DNA from: an uncultured bacterium
GTDB lineage: Bacteria; Calescibacteriota; Calescibacteriia; Calescibacteriales; Calescibacteriaceae
Assembly: GCA_964601505.1 (NCBI GenBank)
Contig: CAZRNR010000007.1
Location: forward strand, 1-59,827
DNA length: 59,827 nucleotides
Direction of reading: 5' to 3'
Shown: positions 28,700 through 39,562 of the stretch, in pieces
Position numbering within the stretch: position 1 is the stretch's first letter
Layout: each line of letters opens with the position of its first letter
Translations under genes and position numbers: made by a program
The notes under the pieces: generated by a model
Seen by the model: the letters and a program-made list of their open reading frames with translations, nothing else
What the model was told of the DNA's origin: nothing
The model's database searches: none

Positions 28700-28954
28700 A
28701 TTTATTTACATTCAGTTTGAAAAATAAAATCAGAATAAGATGGTAGAATCAAGAAAGGAAGAAGAAAGTTATGTATAAGTAAGATAATTTTAGCATTCTG
28801 ATTAGTTTCATCATTTAAATATAGGATATTTCAAAACAATTCAGATGGAACAGGAGAAATATTTGATGATTCTAGAAGATGTTAGAATCTTTAGCGGAAA
28901 ACAAATGATGTTTATATCTTTTAAGAGAATCTTTACATCTTCAGGAGTAGAATT

Positions 28955-30073
28955 TTAACTTTGTTTTGACATCGCTGATAAAAGGATACCAGCACATGCA
29001 AAACTTGCTATTACAGATGATCCTCCGTAGCTTATAAAGGGGAATGTTAATCCTTTTGTTGGAACGAGTCCGGTTGTAACAAGAAGATTGAGGAGCCCTT
29101 GAAATGTTATGCAGAATGTTGTACCAGCAACTACAATTCTAGAAAAATCTTCTTTTATTTTCAGTGCTGATGTAAAACCTATTATAGCTATAACGGATAG
29201 TGCAATAACTATTGTCAGTATTCCTATTACACCAATCTCCTCCGCTATGACAGAAATTATAAAATCTGTATGCGAAGATGGAAGGAAAAAGAGTTTTTGT
29301 ATCCCGTCTCCTATTCCTCTACCTGTTAATCCTCCTGATGAGTATGATATCATAGATTGTATTATCTGGTATCCACTACCAAGGGGATCCTTCCAAGGAT
29401 CCAGGAAAACGAGAATTCTTTTTAATCTGTATGGTGATATAATAGCAAGTAGCGCTAATCCTGCAACGGCTGGTGATGATATAATGAGTAGGTATCTAAT
29501 CTTTGTCCCAGCTATAAATAGTATGAAAAGGATTGTAAGTATGCAGAAAAAAAAGTTTCCAAAATCCGGCTGAAGAGCGATGGGAAAAGATAAGGCGGCG
29601 CCAATCAAAAATAGAGTTATAGCTTTAGAAAAGTCAATTTCTTCATTATTCCTTTTTACCTTTAGAACAATGTTCGCAAGAAATATAGGTAAAACGACTT
29701 TAAAAAATTCAGATGGCTGGATGGAAAATCCAGGAAAAGCTAACCATCTTTTCACTCCTGGACCTTTTCCGATAAAAAGAGTAATAAAGCAGAATAAGAA
29801 TGTTATGAGCATGGCTAAAGGAGATAATTTCCTTAAGGTTTCTGGTTTCACCTGTGTCATGAGAAACATTACCGATAACCCAATAGCTATAGCTATAGCT
29901 TGTTTTTTTATATAAAAATATGGATCAGATGGATTTTTTATGTATGTCACATTTAATATGAAAGTAAGGCCGAGAAAAGATAAAAACAAGACCGAAAGTA
30001 TCAACAGAGAGCTTTTCACTATGATAATTTTAAAAAATGTCTTTGAATCGATTTTTTTGGTTTTTCTTTCCAC
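28955..30073 (-). CDS. ftsW: SEDS peptidoglycan polymerase FtsW
   Basis: KRWL, IQPSEFFK, QPDFG, DPLGSGYQ, PSSHTDFI, PTKGLTFPFISYGGSS. Confidence 0.9.
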   Translation of the reverse strand: MERKTKKIDSKTFFKIIIVKSSLLILSVLFLSFLGLTFILNVTYIKNPSDPYFYIKKQAIAIAIGLSVMFLMTQVKPETLRKLSPLAMLITFLFCFITLFIGKGPGVKRWLAFPGFSIQPSEFFKVVLPIFLANIVLKVKRNNEEIDFSKAITLFLIGAALSFPIALQPDFGNFFFCILTILFILFIAGTKIRYLLIISSPAVAGLALLAIISPYRLKRILVFLDPWKDPLGSGYQIIQSMISYSSGGLTGRGIGDGIQKLFFLPSSHTDFIISVIAEEIGVIGILTIVIALSVIAIIGFTSALKIKEDFSRIVVAGTTFCITFQGLLNLLVTTGLVPTKGLTFPFISYGGSSVIASFACAGILLSAMSKQS

Positions 30074-30091
30074 AAACTAGAGCGCGAAGAA

Positions 30092-31606
30092 TCAAGGACA
30101 TAGGTTAGTTAAGTTTAATGGTAAATAGGAAAGCAAGGTGTATTTCTCTCTCAACAGATTAAGGAGAAATTCAGTATCAGCATCAAATAAAGATTGAAAA
30201 GTTCCTACTTTCATAATATCAAAAATTGTTAATTTTGGATATTCCTCTATAGCGTACTGCTCGTTGATGTGATCAAAAATATCAGCTATTGACCTTGTAT
30301 CATTTATGAGCTTTAGTTCCTTTGAATCTTTCCCAGTAAAGACTGAACCATCTGCTATCTTCCTCACTTTCTCCTCCGGAATCTTTCTTGTCTCAGCTAC
30401 AACTTTTATAAATTTTTCATGCTCCTCTCTAACGAGATTCTGAAGAACTGACTTTTCTTTTGGAGAAAGTTCTTTGTATGCAGAAAATATTGAAGAAAGT
30501 TCCCCTTTGCCAACTATTTCTGATTTTATTCCAATACTTGAAAGGAGTTCTCCAATGTAAGGTTTTATAAGAAACACGCCAATTGAACCTATCAGAGAAA
30601 ATGGAGTGGCAAATATTTCATTAGATGCTAAAGATATAAGATATCCTCCGGACGCTGCAATCGATGAAATAGAAATAGTTAATTCTTTATTCAAAGACAT
30701 GTTTTTTAGCTTTTCTAATATCATTTCAGACACTGTTGCGTCTCCTCCTCTTGAATTCACCCTTACTATAACGGCTTGGATGTTATCATTTTCTGTAAGC
30801 CTGTTTATCACCTCGGAATATCTTGACAGACTTATGAAGTTTGGAGAAGGATTTTCAGATATTGTTCCTATCATATCTAGAATAGCCACGGTTTTCCCTC
30901 TTTTGAATTTTACTATCTGAATAGGTTTTCTTACAAATTCAATTTCTGATGTCCCGAATTCTTTTTTTATTATGTTCGATATAGATTCATTTGTTATGCC
31001 ATCAACAGCCCCGCTTAGGAGCAATTCCTTTGAAGAAAGTATTCCTGAAATGAATACATTTCCCGGGAAACGCTTTACTTCTTTGCATAAAGTTTCATAG
31101 ATACCATCTATTATCCTCTTTACATCCCTTTTTATTTCATCTGGAACTTCAGATTTTGAAAGTAAATCTGGAATGGATTTTAGCTTACCACTTTTAACAC
31201 TTTCGATTTTTACCTTTATCTTTTTGAAAAAATCACCAAAAGTATTCAATGTTGAAGAAAAACCAATCAGATTAAAATAAGATCTTTCAGATGTATATAC
31301 TTTGTTGAATGATTCAGATAGGAAAAGTTCAGGTATTCCTGCTTCTCTAATATATGCGACAGTTTTCACTCCGTATTTTCGAACTATCTCTATTGCTCTT
31401 TTCAGTTCCCATGCTTCAGATAAGGTTAAATTCGTTGTTGATATCTCGGCAAATATGCCTGCTGACCTTTTTCCCCTCCTTACAATTGTTTCAATTATGT
31501 CTAAAAAGGATGGCCTTTTAGATATAATGTCTTGTATCCCCTTTACTCGGGGAATGTTTCCTGCTATCTCAAGGTAAATAACAGGCTTTTCTCTTTTCAA
31601 AAACAC
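30092..31606 (-). CDS. sppA: Signal peptide peptidase SppA (two S49 domains)
   Basis: VKSGKLKS, VNSRGG, AASGGY, GSIGVF, ADGSVFTG. Confidence 0.82.
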   Translation of the reverse strand: MFLKREKPVIYLEIAGNIPRVKGIQDIISKRPSFLDIIETIVRRGKRSAGIFAEISTTNLTLSEAWELKRAIEIVRKYGVKTVAYIREAGIPELFLSESFNKVYTSERSYFNLIGFSSTLNTFGDFFKKIKVKIESVKSGKLKSIPDLLSKSEVPDEIKRDVKRIIDGIYETLCKEVKRFPGNVFISGILSSKELLLSGAVDGITNESISNIIKKEFGTSEIEFVRKPIQIVKFKRGKTVAILDMIGTISENPSPNFISLSRYSEVINRLTENDNIQAVIVRVNSRGGDATVSEMILEKLKNMSLNKELTISISSIAASGGYLISLASNEIFATPFSLIGSIGVFLIKPYIGELLSSIGIKSEIVGKGELSSIFSAYKELSPKEKSVLQNLVREEHEKFIKVVAETRKIPEEKVRKIADGSVFTGKDSKELKLINDTRSIADIFDHINEQYAIEEYPKLTIFDIMKVGTFQSLFDADTEFLLNLLREKYTLLSYLPLNLTNLCP

Positions 31607-31616
31607 GGATTTGAAT

Positions 31617-32390
31617 TTATATATTCATTTGAAATAAAAACCAAAAGTTGGGAAAATTGCTCTGTAAAACTATTACAGTTAGAACCGAAATAAGAAGAAA
31701 TGGTACAAATGGTATTTCCTTCGTTCTTATTTTTGACATAAGTGCCAAGCCCAAAATTCCTCCGAGAAAAGAAGAGAAAATCAAGGTTGTAAGAGTTTTA
31801 AAGAAACCAAAATAAAGACCTATAGGTATCATAAAAATAACATCTCCTTCTCCAAGTCCCTCTCTTTTCCTTATGATTTTATAACCTATTTTTGTAAAGA
31901 GAAGTATTCCTACACCAAATATTGCTCCGGATATAGAATCTTTGAAATTCCCATATAATATGGTGTGTAAGATGGATCCAAAGGAAGAAAAGATTACAGA
32001 TAGGGTAGGTATCAAAAGGAATTTTATGTCAGATATTGAAGCTATGAGTAATCCCCAAAGGAAAAAGAAATTAGAAATAAATTCTAAAAGTGAATCAGAG
32101 ATTAATACACAAAAGACGCATAGAACTCCTGATAATAGCTCTGAGATAAAATATGTTATATCTATTTTTGCTTTACAAAATGCGCATTTCCCTCCAAGTA
32201 AGATGTAACTTAATATGGGTATATTTTGAAACCATTTTATTCTATTTTTACAATTTGGACAAAAAGAGAATGGTGGATTGAAAATAGAGATACCGTTTAT
32301 AGCTCTATATATCAAAGTGGAACCAAAAGATCCCCATAATATTCCCCACAAGAAGGCTAAAAAGAACTTCAAATAATTTTCAAGGAGCAT
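31617..32390 (-). CDS. pilD: Prepilin peptidase / N-methyltransferase (A24)
   Basis: GSFGSTLIYR, SFCPNC..IPILSY..GKCAFC, GLGEGD, IPFVPFL. Confidence 0.9.
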   Translation of the reverse strand: MLLENYLKFFLAFLWGILWGSFGSTLIYRAINGISIFNPPFSFCPNCKNRIKWFQNIPILSYILLGGKCAFCKAKIDITYFISELLSGVLCVFCVLISDSLLEFISNFFFLWGLLIASISDIKFLLIPTLSVIFSSFGSILHTILYGNFKDSISGAIFGVGILLFTKIGYKIIRKREGLGEGDVIFMIPIGLYFGFFKTLTTLIFSSFLGGILGLALMSKIRTKEIPFVPFLLISVLTVIVLQSNFPNFWFLFQMNI

Positions 32391-32437
32391 AAATCAACAT
32401 ACTTTTCTATTGAACTAAATAATCTTGTTTGACTCAA

Positions 32438-33601
32438 TTATACTATTTTTCCCTCCCAGGCATTTTCAAGGATTTCTAATATTGCCTCTTCCGTTATCGC
32501 AAATCTCGGATTAGATATTATAGAGGGATCTCCCATTGATAACTCCGCTATTTTTTTGAAATCTTCCTTTTTTACAGTTTTTGTTTCTTTGAGAGTTGTT
32601 GGGAGACCTATTTTTTTTATGAAATCAAGAATTTTTTCAATTGCTTTTCTTCCGGATTTCATCTCATCTTTTTCTGTAATTCCGATAGCTTCTCCTACAA
32701 GTTTGTATCTTGGACATTCTGGAAGGTTGAAACTCATACCATAAGGTAATATCAGGGAATTAGCAAGACCATGAGGTATTCCGTATAAAGCTCCAAGAGA
32801 GTGCGCTATTGCATGAACTACTCCGACCTGAGCATTTGTGAAAGCAGCTCCTCCCATCATTGCAGCTACCTGCATATTTTGCCTTGCTACCAAATCAGAA
32901 GGATTCTCAAGAACCTTCGGTAGATTTTCAAATATAAGCTTTATACCGTGTATAGCGAATGAATCAGAAATCGGATTGTTCGCTGTAGAATGGATTGATT
33001 CTATACAATGAGTTAATGCATCCATTCCAGTATATGCGGTAATACTCGGGGGCATAGATACCGTGAGACTTGGGTCAAGGATAGCAACTTTTGGCATAAG
33101 GAAAAAATCAACATATACAAGCTTTCTTTTTTCCTCTTCATCCTTTATAACTGCAACATGGGATACTTCAGATCCAGTTCCCGCTGTCGTTGGAATTGAA
33201 ATATGAGGAATCGTTTCTTTTGATAGAAGATAAACTCCAGGGTGATCTTTTATCCTACCGCCTTTTTCATAGAGTATAGTTACAGCTTTTGCGGTATCTA
33301 TGGATGAGCCCCCACCAACACTTATTATGCTATCTACATCATTATCTTTTGCTATCTTGTAAGCCTTATCTACAATAGAGCATTCTGAATCTGGTTTTAC
33401 TTCATCAAATATTATGTGTTTCTTACCATCTAAAAACTCCTGAATTCTTGATACTATATCTGTTTTTTCCCTTAGTATCTTATCTGTTATGATCATAGTT
33501 TTTTGAGCTTTTACCCTTTCAAGCTCAAGAGGAATTTCTTTAATTGTTCCGACTCCAGAAATTATCTTTGTTCTAAGAAAAAAAACAAAACTCTTCTCCA
33601 T
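32438..33601 (-). CDS. Iron-containing alcohol dehydrogenase
   Basis: GGGSSIDTAK, PTTAGTGSE, GMDALTHCIE, HAIAH, HGLAN. Confidence 0.92.
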   Translation of the reverse strand: MEKSFVFFLRTKIISGVGTIKEIPLELERVKAQKTMIITDKILREKTDIVSRIQEFLDGKKHIIFDEVKPDSECSIVDKAYKIAKDNDVDSIISVGGGSSIDTAKAVTILYEKGGRIKDHPGVYLLSKETIPHISIPTTAGTGSEVSHVAVIKDEEEKRKLVYVDFFLMPKVAILDPSLTVSMPPSITAYTGMDALTHCIESIHSTANNPISDSFAIHGIKLIFENLPKVLENPSDLVARQNMQVAAMMGGAAFTNAQVGVVHAIAHSLGALYGIPHGLANSLILPYGMSFNLPECPRYKLVGEAIGITEKDEMKSGRKAIEKILDFIKKIGLPTTLKETKTVKKEDFKKIAELSMGDPSIISNPRFAITEEAILEILENAWEGKIV

Positions 33602-33928
33602 AAAAATTAACCTCCTTAAAATTTTTCTTAATCATTTATCAGATGTTTTTGATATTCTGTAAAATTCGGATGATTATACATAAAAATCAAAGGAATTTGT
33701 CTTGTTGAATTCATCAACTCTCTTGAAGTTTATTATATCTCAAAGAAATAATCTCCACAACAAAATATTTTCTGAATGCTTTATTGTATCCATCAAAAAT
33801 AGAGTGGTGTTGAACTTTGGCCAAATTTTTAATAGTGCAAGAATGAAAGGTAAAATACATAAGCCAGTATTTTGAATATGACTGCAACAGAGCAAAAGAA
33901 ATTTATAATTATTACTTTTTAGCTTCAG

Positions 33929-34921
33929 ATGCTTGTTGAAGTAATTCACCTGAAAAAGTATTTTCCAGTAAGAAGAACATTTTTTGATCTTTTTTCTCCC
34001 AAATATGTTCATGCGGTTGATGATGTATCCTTTGATATCAAAAGGGGTGAATTCTTTGGGCTTGTTGGAGAATCTGGCTGTGGGAAGACCACAACAGGGC
34101 TTATACTTGCCGGTCTTATAAAACCAACTTCTGGAAAAATAATCTTTGATGGAAATGATATAACATTCCTGAAACTAAAGAATGAAATGAGAAGAAAAAT
34201 ACAGATGGTTTTTCAAAACCCTTTTTCATCTTTAAATCCTCGTATGAGGGTCAAGGATCTGATTACCGAAGGAATGATTATACACAAATTGGTTCCAAAA
34301 GATAAGGTTAATGATGCACTTGCAAAAATTTTAGATGATGTAGGTTTGGGTATGGAATTTGCGGAAAGATACCCAGATGAACTATCCGGTGGCCAAAGGC
34401 AAAGAGTTTGTATAGCAAGGTCAGTAGCGCTCAACCCTGAGTTTCTTATAGCTGATGAGCCGACGGCTTCTCTCGATGTCTCTGTCAGAGCACAAATCCT
34501 TGAGCTCTTTGATAAAATAAGAAAGAAATTTAACATGTCAATATTGTTCATAACACATGATATACATACAGTAAAAACTTATGCAGATAGAGTTGCTGTA
34601 ATGTATCTTGGAAAGATAGTTGAAATTGGCAAGAAAGAAGAAATATTCAGCAAACCATCTCATCCTTATACAAAAATACTTCTTGATTCTGTTCCAGATT
34701 TTGATAAGATAATTGATGAAGGGAGATATAGATTGAAAGGTATAGAAGGAGAGATTCCATCCCCATTAAATCCTCCATATGGATGCAGATTCAGAACAAG
34801 GTGTCCGTATGCAGACTCACTATGTGAGAAGCAGGAACCAGAAATAAATAAAATATCTGATACCCACTTTTCTGCTTGCCATTACTCAGAAAAAATTAAG
34901 GATTTAAAGATTAATCTATAA
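33929..34921 (+). CDS. Oligopeptide/dipeptide ABC transporter ATP-binding subunit (OppF/DppF-like)
   Basis: GESGCGKTT, LSGGQRQR, DEPT, HPYT, GEIPSP..PPYGCRFRTRC. Confidence 0.9.
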   Translation: MLVEVIHLKKYFPVRRTFFDLFSPKYVHAVDDVSFDIKRGEFFGLVGESGCGKTTTGLILAGLIKPTSGKIIFDGNDITFLKLKNEMRRKIQMVFQNPFSSLNPRMRVKDLITEGMIIHKLVPKDKVNDALAKILDDVGLGMEFAERYPDELSGGQRQRVCIARSVALNPEFLIADEPTASLDVSVRAQILELFDKIRKKFNMSILFITHDIHTVKTYADRVAVMYLGKIVEIGKKEEIFSKPSHPYTKILLDSVPDFDKIIDEGRYRLKGIEGEIPSPLNPPYGCRFRTRCPYADSLCEKQEPEINKISDTHFSACHYSEKIKDLKINL

Positions 34922-35597
34922 AAGAATTCAATGATATAGATGAAAAATCTTCAACAACTTTATGTTTTGAAGAAATTTCGATTCCATCTCTTAAAACTCT
35001 TATTGTTTTCATACCAGCTTCGCGTGAAGCATCTAATTCTTCTTCAACATCTGAAAGGAAAAGAATTTCCCGAGGTTTTAATTTTATCTCATCTGATATC
35101 TTCAGATATGAATCCTTATCTTTTTTGCTACCCATCTTCGTATCGAAGAAACCAGAAAATATATTTGTTATATCTCCGTAATCCGTATATTTGAAAAAGA
35201 GTTTTTGAGCTTTAACTGAACCCGATGAGAAAACATAAATTTTTATCCCGATTTCCTTCCATTCCATAAGCTTTATGTAAGCATCCTGATAAATATGTCC
35301 CTTAAGCTTACCATCCTTAAAACCTTCTTCCCAGATATATCCTTGAATCTCCTTGAGTATAGGTTCCTTCAAATCAGCATCTATCCACGATTCAAGAATT
35401 TTTATTGATTCCTCAATATCAACACTCTTTCCGAGCTTATCAGAGAGTTCTCTAATCGTTTTTTTCACAATATCTTCCTCTTTATGTTCCATCATAAAAC
35501 TTCTGAGGTTTTTCTTTGAGTACGGAAACATAACCTTTCTGACATATTCAAGAGATGATATTGTACCTTCGATATCGGTAAGAATAGCTTTTATCAT
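34911..35597 (-). CDS. mtnC: Enolase-phosphatase E1
   Basis: AILTDIEGT, LKEIQGYIW, SSGSVKAQKL, FLSDVEEELDA. Confidence 0.92.
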   Translation of the reverse strand: MIKAILTDIEGTISSLEYVRKVMFPYSKKNLRSFMMEHKEEDIVKKTIRELSDKLGKSVDIEESIKILESWIDADLKEPILKEIQGYIWEEGFKDGKLKGHIYQDAYIKLMEWKEIGIKIYVFSSGSVKAQKLFFKYTDYGDITNIFSGFFDTKMGSKKDKDSYLKISDEIKLKPREILFLSDVEEELDASREAGMKTIRVLRDGIEISSKHKVVEDFSSISLNSFID

Positions 35598-35626
35598 TTC
35601 TAAAGCCTATCTTTTTTATTCTTTTT

Positions 35627-36397
35627 TTATTTTTTTTTACCTTTTGATTTTTTTGATTTCTTAGTGAATTTCTTTGTTTTTTTAATCATTTTATCTTTTT
35701 TAGTTTTTCCTTTCTTTTCCGCTCTTTTTTTCTTATTTTTTCCTTCATCTGATTTCTTCTTTGCTTTCTCTTTCCGGAATTTCTTTTTCGAAGTAAATTT
35801 TATTTCTTCTTTGGGCTTTTCCTTTTGCGATTCATCTGAGGACATTTGAAATTGGATTAAATCATCGTGTGTTGGTATCCTTTTTGATATATCAGAACCT
35901 GTGAATTTCCCAACCCATCCTTCCGGTATTGTGAAGAATCTTATAGCCTTGAAGAATGGTTGTGTTCCCATATCGAACCAATGTTTTGTTTCAGCTGGAA
36001 TACTTATAAGATCTCCCTTCTCACAGATAACAGCATATACTTTATCATCTGAATGTATGTAGAATGTTCCACATCCATCAACAAAAAATCTTATCTCAAA
36101 GTCAGAATGAGTGTGTTCAGAAAGGAACATATTTCTAAATTCATCTTTTTTGGGATTATCTGGGGTTAAACTTACAACATCCATTGATTTAAAACTGAAT
36201 TTTGAATTGAGTGTTTCTATTTCAGTTTTATATGCTTCCATAATTTCGTTCTGACTTCCACTTCCCAAATTTCTGTTGCCGACATCCCATCTTTCAATGG
36301 AAATTCCGATTGATTTTAGCAGATCACATATTTTCCCATAATCATCTGTACCTTGTAATAATTTTCCAACTTCATCAAAAATAAAGAGTTTGCTCAT
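35627..36397 (-). CDS. mtnD: Acireductone dioxygenase with a 73-aa C-terminal extension ending in a Lys-rich tail
   Basis: FLSEHTHSDFEIRFF, PAETKHWF, AIRFF, GWVG cupin motifs. Confidence 0.9.
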   Translation of the reverse strand: MSKLFIFDEVGKLLQGTDDYGKICDLLKSIGISIERWDVGNRNLGSGSQNEIMEAYKTEIETLNSKFSFKSMDVVSLTPDNPKKDEFRNMFLSEHTHSDFEIRFFVDGCGTFYIHSDDKVYAVICEKGDLISIPAETKHWFDMGTQPFFKAIRFFTIPEGWVGKFTGSDISKRIPTHDDLIQFQMSSDESQKEKPKEEIKFTSKKKFRKEKAKKKSDEGKNKKKRAEKKGKTKKDKMIKKTKKFTKKSKKSKGKKK

Positions 36398-37020
36398 AGC
36401 TTTAAACCTCCTAATATTTTTAATTTTATCTCACATTCAAAGATGAAATCAAAAATTTCAAGATTCATTGCTGCCTCCGTTATACTTTCTCCCCAAGTAT
36501 AGATACCATGCTTCCTTATTAAAAAACCGTATGAATTCTTAAGTTTTTCAAAATAATTCTTTATTTTTTCGGATAGTTCCATCATATCCTGTGAATTTTC
36601 AAAGATAGGAACATCAATACAAACATCATGTGTCATTATTCCCCTGAAACCTTTCAAGAGCTCATATCCCTGAAGCCTTAAAATATTCTCTCTTTTAATC
36701 ACGGAGATCAGAGTTGAATTTATTGAATGAACATGTAAAACAGATCTTACATTTGGAAATAGCTTATATATTGATAAATGGAGCAGAGTTTCTGCAGATG
36801 ATCTTTTTGTCCCTTCGATTAATCTTCCATCTAAATCAATGATAACAAAATCTTCTTCTTTAAGATATCCTTTATGAACACCAGAGGCGGTTATGCATAT
36901 AAGATTTTCCTCTAATTTAACAGAGAAGTTTCCAGAAGTAGCTGGAACCCATCTTCTGCTATCAAAATCTTTCCCTAAATCTATAAGAGTCTTCAGTATT
37001 TCTCCATATTTATGTATCAT
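36394..37020 (-). CDS. mtnB: Methylthioribulose-1-phosphate dehydratase
   Basis: WVPATSGNFS, ITASGVHKG, SAETLLH, LHVHS, FLIRKHGIYTWG. Confidence 0.92.
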   Translation of the reverse strand: MIHKYGEILKTLIDLGKDFDSRRWVPATSGNFSVKLEENLICITASGVHKGYLKEEDFVIIDLDGRLIEGTKRSSAETLLHLSIYKLFPNVRSVLHVHSINSTLISVIKRENILRLQGYELLKGFRGIMTHDVCIDVPIFENSQDMMELSEKIKNYFEKLKNSYGFLIRKHGIYTWGESITEAAMNLEIFDFIFECEIKLKILGGLKL

Positions 37021-37214
37021 TGATTGATTATTTATTATTATTACTCTTTGTTAGATATTGCACTAATAACTTGAATGTTTTATAGAAAAATCATGTTTCT
37101 TACAAAGAATTTGATCTTTAGGCATCGCTTTATTTTTACGCGGTATTGATTAGAGAAAACATAAAAATGTGATCCTAATTACTATAAATTTTTTATTGTT
37201 ATATTGTGTCTTTT

Positions 37215-38261
37215 ATGAAATGTCTTGTAACAGGAGCAAATGGATTTATCGGTTCAAATGTGGTGAGAAAGCTAATGGAGAAGGGATATGAACCTGTAGC
37301 TTTTGTGAGGAATGGAAGTGACATATATAATCTAAGGGGCGAAGTTGAGATTAGGTATGGAAATTTACTAGATTCAGATAGCTTAGAGAAGGCTATGGAT
37401 GGTTGTAAGGTAGTTTTTCATGTTGGAGCTTTATATTCCTTTTGGGCTCGTGATACGACAATTTTCTATCAGACAAATGTTGGGAGTACAATCAAGATTC
37501 TGGAAATTGCAAAGAAAAAGAATATAGATAGAGTAGTGTATACAAGTACAACCGGAGCTATAGGACTTTCAAGAAATGAAAACCCTATAGATGAAACAGC
37601 TTTGTTTAATCCTCCACCTTGGTATTACGATGCTTGGAATTTGAAAGATCATTATGCGAGAAGCAAAATTCTTGCGCAAAAAGAGGTAATGGAAAGAGTA
37701 ATCAATGAAGGTTTAGATGTAGTCATAGTTTGTCCATCTGCCCCGATAGGATGGGGAGATTACAAACCAACTCCAACAGGCTTACTCATATTAAAGTTCC
37801 TTAACCGAGAAATACCATTTTATTCAGATGTTGGATTTTCCTTTGTGAATGTGAAAGATGTTGCTGATGCACATATTCTTGCACTTGAAAAAGGGAGGAA
37901 AGGAGAGATATATATTTTAGGAGGACATAATATTAAGCTTTCTGAATTTTTTTCCAAAATATCTGAGATTACTGGTTTGGGGAAGCCAATAAATTTAGGA
38001 AGGCATATACCAGCTTTTTTAGGATATGTTGTTGGTTTGATACTTGAGATATGGGCGAGGATAACAGGGAACCCACCAATTATAACACGCTCTCAAGCGA
38101 GAGCTTCTTTTCTGAATCTTTACTATTCTTCTCAGAAGGCTCAAAACGAATTAGGATATAAAATAACTCCTCTTGAATATGCCTTGAAAGATGCAATAAG
38201 CTACTTTATTGAACGAGGAATGGTCAAAAAGAGAATTGCTAAAAGACTAAAAATATCTTAA
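37215..38261 (+). CDS. NAD-dependent epimerase/dehydratase, HpnA/dihydroflavonol reductase-like
   Basis: VTGANGFIG, YTST, HYARSK, GDYKPTPTG, GERYIL-like GEIYILGG. Confidence 0.82.
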   Translation: MKCLVTGANGFIGSNVVRKLMEKGYEPVAFVRNGSDIYNLRGEVEIRYGNLLDSDSLEKAMDGCKVVFHVGALYSFWARDTTIFYQTNVGSTIKILEIAKKKNIDRVVYTSTTGAIGLSRNENPIDETALFNPPPWYYDAWNLKDHYARSKILAQKEVMERVINEGLDVVIVCPSAPIGWGDYKPTPTGLLILKFLNREIPFYSDVGFSFVNVKDVADAHILALEKGRKGEIYILGGHNIKLSEFFSKISEITGLGKPINLGRHIPAFLGYVVGLILEIWARITGNPPIITRSQARASFLNLYYSSQKAQNELGYKITPLEYALKDAISYFIERGMVKKRIAKRLKIS

Positions 38262-39544
38262 ACCACGAAAGAACCTATCAAGTTTTCATCTTCTATATCT
38301 TCTATTATTATATTTCTGAACGGTGATTGGCTATTTATAGTATTTGCATCATGACCATTTTTTAACTTTATAACTCCGTCTATCTCTGGAGCTTGGAAAT
38401 AAGCTCTATACGTAGTATCTGATTCGTAAATGCATCTGAAAATCTTCCCAATTTTCTCTTTTTGTTTTTCATGAAGTATTTTTGTCCAAACTTTCATTAT
38501 TTCCTTTTTCCTTTCATGTGATATTTTTTTTGAAATATTTTGTTCTTTCCACATCCTGTATGATGGTGTATTTTTTTCTGGTGAGAACTCAAAAACTCCA
38601 AGCCAGTCAAATTTGAAGATCTGAACAAAATTAACGAGCTCTTCAAACTTATCATCTGTTTCTCCAGGGAATCCGACTATTAATTCTGTCCTTATTGACA
38701 TATCGGGTATTTTATTTTTTATGTTTTCTAGAATCTCATAGATGAGTTTTTTTCTTGTCGCTCTTGCCATTTTCATAAGAATCTCATCATCTATGTGTTG
38801 AAAAGGCATTTCTATATACCTTACTATCTTTGGATTATTGGCAATATAATCTATAAGCCTTATAGCAAATCTATCTGGATATATATAAAACAACCGAATC
38901 CACTCAAGATCATTTATCTCCGATAGTTCATCAAGTAATCTGAAAATATCTTCCCTCTTCCCACCTTTATCTATGTTCCACATCGTTGTGTCCTGTGATA
39001 TAATGATGAGTTCTCTGACACCATTATCCACCAGATACTTTGCTTCATCTAATATTTTCCGTTGATCAAAAGATTGAATTGGTCCTCTTATTTTGGGTAT
39101 GGAACAAAAGGAACACAATCTTGAACATCCTTCCGAAATTTTAAGATAGGCGGAAAATTTTGAAAGAGTGTTTATGCGCTTGATTTTCTTAAAATTTGGT
39201 GAAGCAATGTCCTTTTTTGGTAAGAAACTTCTCGCAATCTGAATAGTTTCTTCCACATTTTCTGCAACAAAATCACATGGTATGGTAATTTTATCTACTA
39301 TTTTTGTATAGCAGCCCATTGCTATAAGATGACCTTTAGTTTTTTGCTTTATTTCTCTGATGTGTTGTTCTGTCATCTTTCTTGCAGCATCAATGAATCC
39401 ACAGGTATTAACTATAACTATGTCAGAATCTTCTGGAGAAGAAGATGGAATGAAACCCATTCTCATAAGTTCAAGTGATACTTTCTCTGAATCCACAAGG
39501 TTTTTAGGACAGCCAAGATTTAAGAGAAAGAACTTAGGATTCAT
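38258..39544 (-). CDS. rimO: Ribosomal protein S12 methylthiotransferase
   Basis: LGCPKNLVDSE, VNTCGFI, KISEGCSRLCSFCSIP, FQAPEIDG. Confidence 0.93.
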   Translation of the reverse strand: MNPKFFLLNLGCPKNLVDSEKVSLELMRMGFIPSSSPEDSDIVIVNTCGFIDAARKMTEQHIREIKQKTKGHLIAMGCYTKIVDKITIPCDFVAENVEETIQIARSFLPKKDIASPNFKKIKRINTLSKFSAYLKISEGCSRLCSFCSIPKIRGPIQSFDQRKILDEAKYLVDNGVRELIIISQDTTMWNIDKGGKREDIFRLLDELSEINDLEWIRLFYIYPDRFAIRLIDYIANNPKIVRYIEMPFQHIDDEILMKMARATRKKLIYEILENIKNKIPDMSIRTELIVGFPGETDDKFEELVNFVQIFKFDWLGVFEFSPEKNTPSYRMWKEQNISKKISHERKKEIMKVWTKILHEKQKEKIGKIFRCIYESDTTYRAYFQAPEIDGVIKLKNGHDANTINSQSPFRNIIIEDIEDENLIGSFVV

Positions 39545-39562
39545 AATTTTGATTGTTTCTAT

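Noticed and set aside
37021-37205. SAM riboswitch upstream of mtnB, or T-box upstream of ilvC
   Set aside because: The regions are very AT-rich and show none of the conserved motifs.
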